DNA of 64,000 nucleotides. It comes from Blastocystis sp. Blastoise (Eukaryota; Protista; Bigyra: Opalinata). The position numbers and the translations under genes were made by a program. Where the stretch lies: NCBI GenBank assembly GCA_039096225.1, contig JBBPEB010000013.1:558001-622000 (forward strand), read 5' to 3'. Of this stretch, positions 53,701 to 64,000 are shown piece after piece. Position 1 is the first letter of the stretch, and the number at the start of each line of letters is the position of its first letter. Under the pieces are notes generated by a model. That model searched no databases. It saw only the letters and a list, made by a program, of their open reading frames with translations, and was not told the origin of the DNA.

Positions 53701-54734
53701 GAATCAACTGGATATATATTAGAATCACTTATTTTAGAATCTTCATCTATATCTGTAGACATATAATCATTACCAGAAGTAGTAGTAGATTGTATTATTT
53801 TCTTATGTAATGTTAAATGTCTCTTTAAATTTTCTTTTCGTTTTCCAGAATAATCACATCCCTCTTCCGTACAATGAAAAGGACGAATAGGATTATGTGT
53901 TTGTAAATGACGCTTCAAATAGGTTACTTGATTTCCTACATAATGGCAATGATCTACAGGACATTCAAAATGATTCTTTTCATGTATTTTTTCATGCTTT
54001 TTTAAAGAATTCTCTGAAACTCCTGAAAAATCACAATTTTCATGATCACATTTATAAGGTTTCACAGAAGAATGTTGAAGTTCATGAACTTTTAAATAAC
54101 TTTCATTACATGTAGAAAATGTACAATGTTCAACTTGACATTTATAAGGATGAACAACCATATGTCTAGACATATGACGTTTTAAATCTTTACTTTCATA
54201 AGCAGCAAATCCACAATTCTTCACAGGACAAGAATATGGACGAATACCAAGATGTCTTCGTTGATGAATTAGTAACGAACCAGGAGTTGTTGCAGAATAA
54301 TGACATCCTTCTTCCAAACATTTATAAGGTCGTTCACCAGTGTGTCTACGTATATGCTCACGTAAACTTTTAAGATCTTTAGCAGAATATGTACATCCTT
54401 CTTCAGTACATGGATACGGACGATCATTCTGATGTTTTCTCATATGAACCCTTAGATCTTTGGACTCAATAGTAGCATAATCACACCCTGGTTCAGTACA
54501 ATGAAAACTCTTCATTGCCGTATGTCGCTTCATATGGCTCTTTAAACTCTTTTTGGTTTTTGCAGCATAATCACAATCGGCATAGGTGCATTTGAAGTGC
54601 CTTTCAGGATCATGAATACGAACATGATACTCAACACCACGAGTAGTTCTTGCTGTAAAGTGACAATTCAAATATGGGCAGTGAAACCCATCTTTTCCTT
54701 GTATAATAATACTTGGATTCGATTCTAAATCCAT
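50763..54734 (-). CDS. Transcription factor with 10 tandem CX4C-type C2H2 zinc fingers and a long S/N-rich tail; intronless
   Basis: Ten (F/Y)xCxxxxC...HxxxH repeats with TGERPY-like linkers. First ATG (MDLESNP) at 54734. Confidence 0.92.
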   Translation of the reverse strand: MDLESNPSIIIQGKDGFHCPYLNCHFTARTTRGVEYHVRIHDPERHFKCTYADCDYAAKTKKSLKSHMKRHTAMKSFHCTEPGCDYATIESKDLRVHMRKHQNDRPYPCTEEGCTYSAKDLKSLREHIRRHTGERPYKCLEEGCHYSATTPGSLLIHQRRHLGIRPYSCPVKNCGFAAYESKDLKRHMSRHMVVHPYKCQVEHCTFSTCNESYLKVHELQHSSVKPYKCDHENCDFSGVSENSLKKHEKIHEKNHFECPVDHCHYVGNQVTYLKRHLQTHNPIRPFHCTEEGCDYSGKRKENLKRHLTLHKKIIQSTTTSGNDYMSTDIDEDSKISDSNIYPVDSNNNIDKSNISTIHQSSYPNQSSVYLNKDINTGTTDNSSIPYYNTNISMNTSMNNDQYKNSIIQETNGITNEIKLPINHAPLSPSSSLPIHDTLNEAHTTNISNIQTTLSTSNNYIQSSSSSTSFVPSYPYVYTSSMYNKRMIYNSINQDSSNDYIPYSKDCIISSSLLSTPYLPYPSLNNTINIPSSSSSSSMNIDKYYPFTTYMNTPYIQTDKSIYSNETSNAYQNYSQRQQRIMSNNINSMVPNTIESNDNSNDNSNDNSNDNSNDISNDNSNDNSSDICNSKSNNNSNGICNSKSNNNSNNNSNDNSNNISNHNSNDISNGIALIDTNNTNHNTIIEEKHLENTLKDNNNSIDIDNNDYLNKTKDSKDIHNNHSNTITNSSTIDIVSKDDNTLASIPIPIHTSTSLPSSVSSIIITPINEDNKSIGSPIQSFTPSVQMSRDAGVLPKLYNESSSSFKPIQSGSLSNNDNIIDLNVNSTSINNTIVDNNIINNTIVDNRIINNTIVDNNTMNKTIIDNTTNNNTIIDNENTSIVISKPTVSSSSSSLLSTSIQPVPLSKSISRSSFPPISSSISIQSKSIYTPSISQEQSSINLQLQDNIQSHISIKPYSTLSTISNKSNYYDSLELNRNIQTSYSEKYNNIENTMSNTININTNKDSKKNRSISINHKTTKYSLKSKSYISNYISSPVMNSVENELHNNIPIQSNSIVSNYSNSVYSPQVINNNSLFFSDLSSSSSIPITSYDISTKDNNISYGSSTNILSNSTQFPKSLYTNNNIDNINNINNINNINNIDNINDINNINNINNINDINNINNINNINDINNINNIDSINNINNINNIDTIDTINSINNTKNATTLPPLTLSYDYKESTLLSHSSSSPSSPSPSSPSPSSPSLVSSSHHHPICSVPTHLCAENIHFDPNTIQDLVSSLPIATYATDSITSQQSKHIPIAQVPDHLCIPLPSPFHKSVMDHNHCH

Positions 54735-55603
54735 AAAAAACCAGATAGTAAAGGAAAAACAATTGATCAATTATGAAAAATTGAAAGCAACGAATTTCCA
54801 ATAAAAATCGAGATGAAACGCAATTATCCTTGTTGGTTTATGTGACTAAAGCCCTATATGTTTTATAAAAAAAGACATTATATTATAATTTTATAAGACG
54901 TATAGTAAATCAATATAACTTGAATAAACACCCAAATCATGTATTCTGTGATTTTAATTCTTTTAAATATAGTGACAACCATTATGTATTAATTATTATA
55001 TATTTTGAATAGAAACTTTTGGATTATCGTTTGTTTCATATTTAATTACATTGGATTTATAAAATCAACGCACCTAAATGACTTTTAAATGACATAATAA
55101 TAATTGCATGATAATTCATCTTTTAGATCCGTGTGTAAATCACTTGGCTATATTCTAAATTATTGTAATTCTTATTTACAGTATAGTTTATGCTTATAAT
55201 TCAATAAAGTTGGAAGAACAAGAAAATGGATTTGTTAGTCAAAGAAGATATTTGTTTAGTATACTCCAAAACAATACATAGTGAAGAAATATAAGTTTGA
55301 TTTAAAAAGAAAAAGATAAAATGGAGAGTATCAATTTCTTAACAGTGAATTATTCATCATATTTTATGTGTTTATTAGTACGGCAGTATTTTTATTAGGA
55401 GCAATAACATATTTCATTAATAATTTCACATTTGAAGATAATTCAAAAAGGTAAACGTTGAGAAGATACAATGAATTTCTTATAAATATTCATTTTCATT
55501 CAAATTACTCAGAAAATGAATAATGACGTTTCAGTAATAAATAGGTGACAAAGATAATGTCAACAATTTGACAAAAAAAAATCTTGAAAAGTGAAAAATT
55601 AAA

Positions 55604-55675
55604 TGCCCTGTCTCGGGATTGAACCAAGGACCTTTTGTTTACAAGACAAACGCTCTACCACTGAGCTAGCAAGGC
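55604..55675 (-). tRNA. tRNA-Thr(UGU), identical second copy
   Basis: Exact reverse complement of 48352-48423. Confidence 0.96.
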
Positions 55676-56118
55676 TACAGTAGTATTTTTCCTACTACAC
55701 AATTGAGACTAGCAACAACATATCATACAACAAAGAATGTTGTTTTCAATGAATTCCAAATAGATACGCTGCATATACCCATGCACATAGGTTTTTAATA
55801 AAGTAGGCATATCAAATATATCTAAGTATATTAAATATTTTACACGATTATCATAAAGTAGTTAACAAATTGTGTTAGAGAGTTATAAGAATTGTGCTAA
55901 TAAATCCATATACTTCAAATATGTAATTATTTCTGTATAAACTAACTTAGCATTCATTTCAATGAAAAAGAATAGTTTTCGATTAGAAGAGAACTCAACA
56001 ATTCTGTAGGAATTAGGATATGATTGTTGTAGAGAAAATAAAGAAATTAAGATGATCTATAAACATGGAAAAACAATGACAAAACAAAAAAAAAACTATA
56101 GACAGAAGAAAAGAAATC

Positions 56119-57270
56119 TTATGGTGAAGGCACTTTCTTGGTTGGCTTATTGCAGTATTTGTTATTTGTGATATAAACACATATTTCATAGTCTCTTGTA
56201 TCTAAGGCTTGTTTAAATGAATTAAATAGAGTATCATTAACATCGACTCCTATATATAGATATATTATGTTTATTATACTTATTATAATAATTATTATTA
56301 TTATATTTATTATCTATTAAATATTATATATAAATATACTTTCTAAGAATAGTGTATTAAGTTTTGGAAGAGATTTATTAGTAATCATTTGAGATAATAA
56401 TTGAAGAGAATCTTCACTTAAGGAATCTCCTAGAATGATTATTATTATAGAATTGAATTAGTTTATAGTAATGAATAGAGATATAACTAATTTCATTATT
56501 ATTATTATTATTATTATGTATTTTACCTGATAAACTTAATGTTTCTAAAGAAGGATACAGAGAATATATAGAAGTTTGATTAAAGAAAGAGATAAATGAT
56601 GAATTAGACAATGGAATGTCTATATATGTATAATAATAGGTTACGAAGAATAACAATAAATATATATAAATAGTATAGAATCATACCATTTAGAAAGAAA
56701 TTCTTCAAATAATACTGATTTTCAACATTATTAAGTATGTCTAAAACATACTGAAAACTCTCATCGCTAATTTTTGTATCTAGGCAAGACATAGAGAATT
56801 TATTTTATTATATAAGCAACCAAATTGCAATAAAAAATATATATAATATATACATATTACAATAATTTTAATAATATATACTAAATAATAGTGTTAACAT
56901 AAATACAATAACTATATACTTGAGAAATTGATTTCTTCAATATATTTCATATAATTATTCTTTAAAGCTATAGACATGCCATTCATAGCACCTGTTCCAA
57001 GAGTATTTGCTATAAATATATATATAAGTGATCATTATTATTGTTGAAGATATATTTTATTCATGACAAGATAATAACAGAATAAAATAAATCATAATAA
57101 AAGCAAAAGAGAAAGAAGAACTGCTATAATAAGAATGCATAACTTACAGGCAAGATGTAATGTATGAAGAGAAGGTATCATTCCTTGATTAATAATCGCA
57201 AATAAAGCACTTGTCGAATAATCAGTCAATAAATTATCTATACAATTAATATATATAATATATTTATAGT

Positions 57271-57313
<43 letters not shown>

Positions 57314-57975
57314 AAAAATTATACATATATATAACCATATATATAATATATAAAAAATTATATACATATATAACTATATATATATATAATACTTGTTAAA
57401 TATAATTCTTTCAAATTATGTATACGATCTTCTCTAAGTAGATTAGCTAAACAAAGAAATCCTAAATCTTTCATTTCACAATCTAATAGATATATATGTT
57501 TATATCATAAATAAATGCATTATTTTATAAAAGTATTAAAATTATCATATTTGAGAAAAAATATATATATATATATACTTGATGCATCTAAGACTTCTAA
57601 ATTAGGATAATAACCAGATTCAACCTCTTTACAGAACTTATTCATTGCTTGAGGTCCTTTTTCTTCAATAATGACTGATGTTTTTCTGGATCGTTCACTT
57701 ATCTGAGCAAAATAACTAGCTATAACAGGAACACATATCAAGAAACATAAAATAATAATGGTAATAATCCAAGTAGATGGTCTTTTGAAGACATTAGGAC
57801 GAATTAGTTTAGTATCTTCATCTTGTTTAACACTATGAGTAGAACTGGAAGAGTACATTCGATGTAACTCACGATCTCTATCTGTATAACTAACTTGAAC
57901 TTCCATCGATGGTATTTGAAGTCTTTCTGTATTATCAGAATGATTTGGTATATTCAACTTTGGATTCTTTCCCAT
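56119..57975 (-). CDS. Type II single-pass membrane protein with RNI-like leucine-rich repeats; 8 exons
   Basis: Cytoplasmic N-terminus, TM WIITIIILCFLICVPVIASYF, then repeats PNLEVLDAS, NLKELYLT, PSLHTLHLA, YIEEINFS, LKNFFLN, PSLETLSLS and PKLNTLFLE. Confidence 0.85.
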
Positions 57976-58675
57976 ATATCTTTTAAATACAAATAATTAA
58001 AACACTTATTAAAGAATATAACACAATAATAACAAAGAAATAGAATCTATGATGAGATAATCATAAATAGTATTTGATGTTCAGTGAATAAAAGAACATT
58101 CCCAAAGATGGTAAAAAAGAATACGAATCGAATCAATAGATCGTTTCATTTTCAATGAAAGAATTCGAAAGAATGTTTTACAAGTCTCTTTTTCAAACTT
58201 CTGATTGTCATGTGTATTATAAATACTCTTTAAATATATATTTCAATCTATTTGTTATGCATTTTAGCATAGAATAAAAGATAGAATAGTATATATCAAG
58301 CATATTGGATTATAGCATTGACAGAATTCTAACCTCTTTTATGAATGAATTACAACTCAACGATCTATACATCAAATATAACATATATTTCATGTATAGT
58401 TTAGAATTTCCATTATTCATATACAAAAGAAAAATTTGCTGAAAAAATATTAAGATGAAGGTGATTTTGTGTTCAATATATTTTTAATTGTGTTTATTCT
58501 CAAGTCATCAGTTGAATTATGAATATATCCATGATTATTTCTTTTCTCAAGAAACATCGAGACTTGACCAAAAATGTTCTTTTTCTTTTTTGATAATTTC
58601 ATATATAATATTAAAAAAGGAACTCATTGTTTTTCTTTTTAACGAAATACATTTATTTAGATAATTTCACTAAAA

Positions 58676-59709
58676 ATGCAATATAATGCTGGTTCTGGTA
58701 TCTCAGGTCTTCTTAAGGATGGCTATCGTCATCTCTCTGGATTAGAAGAAGCTGTTTTAAAAAATATTGATGCTTGCTGCGAACTTGCTGCTATTCACAG
58801 AACATCTTTAGGACCTAATGGTATGTTAAAACTTGTGATCAATAACGTTGATAAATTATTTGTCACCAGTGATACTGCTACTATTGTTCAAGAAATGGAA
58901 GTCATGCATCCTGCTGCTAATATGGTCGTTCAAGCTGCTCAAATGCAAGAAAAAGAAGTAAGTGGATATGTTAAATAATATATTTTTTTTTATTTTTATT
59001 TTTTTTTATTTTTTTTTTATTTATTTTTATATTTATTTTATTAATTTTTTATTTATTTTATATTAGATTGGTGATGGTACTAATTTTGTTGTTACTTTCG
59101 CTGGAGAATTATTAAAGAAAGCTGCTGATCTTATTGATATGGGTGTTCATGTCAGTGATATTATTGCTGGTTATGAAAAATCTATTCAAAAGACTCTTGA
59201 TTATTTAGATAGTATGTTTTAAATTTTATTATGTTTATTATTATAAATTTTTTTCTATTATTTATTATTATTAATATTTTTATAGTTATTATATATATAA
59301 TTAATATATATATATATATATAGCTTTGATAGTAGATAAAGTAGAAGATGTTCGTGATAAGGATCGTATAAAGTCCATATTAAATTCTATTATTGCTTCT
59401 AAACAATATGGTCATGAATCTGTTTTATCTTCTGTTATTAGTGAAGCTTGTGTAAATGCCCTCCCTAAATCTCCCGCCAAAGCTGATTTAGATGTAGATA
59501 ATGTTCGTGTTGTAAAGTTAAATGGTAGTAGTGTTGATAATACAAGTTGTATACAGGGAATGATCCTTAGAAATGGAGTTGTAGGCAGTGTTAGACATAT
59601 TAAACAAGCTAAAGTATATTATTTATTTATTTTTTTATTTTTTTATTTATATATTATTGAATTTATTCTATTTATTTATTTATTTCATGTTTTTACTAAT
59701 ATGGAAATG

Positions 59710-59750
<41 letters not shown>

Positions 59751-61138
59751 TGTGTTATATCTAGATCTGTGTATTAGCTTGTGGATTAGAAGCTTCTTCT
59801 TCCGAAACAAAGGGAACTGTATTAATTCATAATGCTGATGAACTCGTAAACTTTAGTAAAAATGAAGAACAAGATTTTGGTGATGAAATTGAATCTATTG
59901 CTAAACAAGGTATTAATGTTATTATTGCTGGTGGACAAATCAGGTATATATATTATATTATACATATATATTGTATATATTATTTATATATTATAATTAA
60001 TATATTGTAAATATTACTTATATATTACTTACATATATATATATAGTGAGATGGCTCGTCACTTCTTAAATAAATATGGTATATTAGGTATTAGTTTAGG
60101 AAGTAAATTTGATCTTCGTCGTTTATGTCGTTCTATTGGCGCTGTTGCTTTAGTACGTGTTGGTCCTCCTGTACCTGAAGAAATAGGTACATGTGCTGCT
60201 GTAGATTGTATAGAAATTGGTGGAAAGACAGTTGTTCAATTTAAACAAGATCAAGAACAAGGAGTTATCAGTACTATTATTGTTAGAGGATCCACAGATA
60301 ATATCTTAGATGATGTAGAACGATGTATCAGTATGCTTTTATATACTATTATTATGTTTATTATTATCATTATTATACTTTTTATTATTATGTTACGAAT
60401 ACTATCTCATCTCTCTACATATATATATTAATATATATATATATATATTTCAATATATATAGATAATTCTGTGAATACTATGAAGACATTATGTAAGGAT
60501 GGTCGTTTATTAGCGGGTGCTGGTGCTTCAGATATGAATCTGGCTGTATATTTAAGTCAATTTGGCGAAGAATGTCCTGGATTAGATCAATATGCTGTTA
60601 AGAAGGTATTCTATTATTATTATGTTTATTATTATTATGTTTATTATGTTTATTATGTTTATTATGATTATTATTATTATTATTATACATATATATATTT
60701 CTAAGAGTCTATTTCATAATAATAATGTTATTATATAGTTTGCTGAAGCTCTTGAAGTTGTTCCTAGAATCTTAGCTGAAAATAGTGGAAAGGATGCTAC
60801 AAATATCATTACTTTATTATATAAAGAACATACAAAGAATCCTAAAAGTACTATTGGTGTTGATATTGAAGTATATATATCATTCTAATTCTTCTTTTTT
60901 TTATCCAAATATATATATTTTTTTAATTTAAAATATTTTTTAGGGTGAAGATATATGTGATGCTCTTACTGGAGGTGAATATCCTATATATGATTTATAT
61001 GCTACAAAGAAGAATGCTCTTCGTTTAGCTGCTGATGTTGCTATTACCATCTTAAGAGTTGATCAAATTATTATGGCTAAAGAAGCTGGTGGTCCTAAAT
61101 TCAGAGGTCCTCAAGGTGATGTTGATCCAGATATGTAA
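58676..61138 (+). CDS. CCT8: T-complex protein 1 subunit theta
   Basis: GYRHLSGLEEAVLKNI, TSLGPNGM, KLFVTSD, HPAA, GDGTNFV, ETKGTVLI, SKFDLRRLCR, PGLDQYA and LRVDQIIMAKEAGGPK. Confidence 0.96.
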
Positions 61139-61501
61139 ACGAAACAATTTTAAGTACTTCTCTATTCACATGTCTACCTTTCATTTCCTTTTTTATTTGT
61201 TCATCTACTTCATACTTTTTTTATATCATTAAGAGTTGTTCTAGTTAGTTAAATATAAATATATTATACACATATATTTTCTTGCTCTAATTCTTTATTC
61301 AATTAGTAATTAAATGGGTTTTAATATATTATTTTGTTGTCTTTCTATATATATATTTTGATTATAGAGTAACAAGAATTCAACCACTATTTTTTTAAAT
61401 ATTTTAGAATCATCATTTCATCATAACATTCAAAATAAATTATTTACATAAATTTATTTTATTTTTGAAAAGAAATACTTTCTTGTGTAGTATCCGAAAA
61501 T

Positions 61502-62367
61502 ATGTCTTCTTTTGAGCAACAAATATTATTTGAACTCTCTACATTGAAAGGATCATTGAAATTATTGCAAAAAGAAAACGATACATTGAAGGTTGATATT
61601 TCACATGTCAAAGAAAATAATGAGAAACTTATAGAACGAATTGAAACACTTGAAAAAGTGAATAAAGCGCTTTTAGAACAGATAACTCAAACAAAAAATT
61701 GTTCATCTCAAATTAATGATGTTACAGAAACTACAATTCAACAAGAAAATAACAAGTTAGAGTCTCAAGAAGTATGTCACATATTTATTTATCCTTGAAA
61801 TATATCATTTCTTAGAATGACCAGTTAATGTCTTCAGTATTTTTAGATTCATGCTATTTAAATAATAAAGTATATTATGAATTATTGAATTCATGGGTAA
61901 AAGAAGAGAAAAACAATGCATCTCAATTTCAATTACTCTATAAAGGTTCACAGGACACATATACAAAAGAATCTTTTGGTACTAAATGTATAGGTAAAGG
62001 TTCATTACTTATAATTATTGAAAGTACTGATGGATCTATATTTGGAGGCTTTACACTTGTAGGTCTCTCTGGTCATTCAGGATGGACAAAAGACAAAAAT
62101 GCCTTTCTATTTACATTAAATAATACTCATAAGGTTCCTCCTACAAAATTTCATTGTCGTGCTGGTAAAACTGCTGTATATGAATTTACTAAAGATTATT
62201 TGTTTTCTTTTGGAAGCAATGAAGTTTTAATTAGTGAGCATTGTGATCAAAATCAACTTTCTAGAACAAAAGAATTATGGAGTTATGATTGCCTATATGA
62301 TAGTGAGCATTTACTCACACCTACTGAATTCTTTACAGTGAAAGATATCGAAGTTTATAGTTGTTAA
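61502..62367 (+). CDS. Coiled-coil + TLDc domain protein; 2 exons
   Basis: Heptad N-terminus, short intron near 61772-61816, then FQLLYKGSQD, IFGGFT, AFLFTLNN..VPPTKF and FTVKDIEVY. Confidence 0.9.
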
Positions 62368-62664
62368 ATTACTATTTTATAATTGTTATATATGATCTTT
62401 TTTGTTTATTTAAAGTCATTAATTCAGAAAACTAAACTCTACACATATTAAATACATTAAAATAACTTTAAGAAAGACTATACTATTATAGAAAAGAGAA
62501 CAAAAGAAATAGTATAAATAACATATTATATATATAATTGGGTTAAATAATATACTGAATATAAAATGTATTTATGGATATATATATATAGAGAAAACAA
62601 AGGAATAGTTTGCGTAGCAAAAATAAATATAATTTGAAATATATAACTCTATTCATTGCGATTT

Positions 62665-63954
<1,290 letters not shown>

Positions 63955-64000
63955 CTATATATATAGTTATATATAGTTATATATATAATTATAAATATAC

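Noticed and set aside
48350-55677. Transposon with terminal inverted repeats
   Set aside because: The repeats are intact tRNA genes, there is no transposase or integrase inside, and no target-site duplication is visible.

Overview
Very AT-rich, intron-dense eukaryotic (protist) nuclear DNA using the standard genetic code. The organism is inferred, not proven: gene content and style suggest a stramenopile, possibly a Blastocystis-like gut protist. About 21 protein-coding genes can be reconstructed by hand by splicing GT-AG introns made largely of (AT)n/(ATT)n microsatellite. In order: a BEACH/neurobeachin-like gene (5' end outside the window), a divergent CtIP/Sae2-like gene, MCM7, AP-2 sigma, a 67-aa Sm-fold microprotein, GILT-like thiol reductase, a secreted PI-PLC-like phosphodiesterase, a small orphan membrane protein, BUD32/PRPK kinase, a CTD small phosphatase, dCTP pyrophosphatase, a secreted Ig-like protein, BTB-TLDc, an AT-hook/PHD chromatin protein, UVSSA-like, an atypical eIF4E, a 10-finger C2H2 protein, a type II membrane LRR protein, CCT8, a coiled-coil TLDc protein and the WD40 tail of a probable second BEACH protein. 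There are two identical tRNA-Thr(UGU) genes. Most notable: (1) two AT-AC minor-spliceosome (U12-type) introns, one revealing a gene absent from the ORF track; (2) an 86-bp perfect inverted repeat made of the two tRNA genes, bracketing the eIF4E and zinc-finger genes; (3) an eIF4E with both cap-stacking Trp replaced by Tyr; (4) a CtIP-like protein with an altered RHR motif; (5) an LRR gene built of six 90/93-nt phase-1 exons. No CRISPR array, rRNA or recognisable transposon was seen. Most short ORFs in the track are microsatellite artefacts. CDS coordinates below span introns, and family assignments come from remembered motifs, not database searches.
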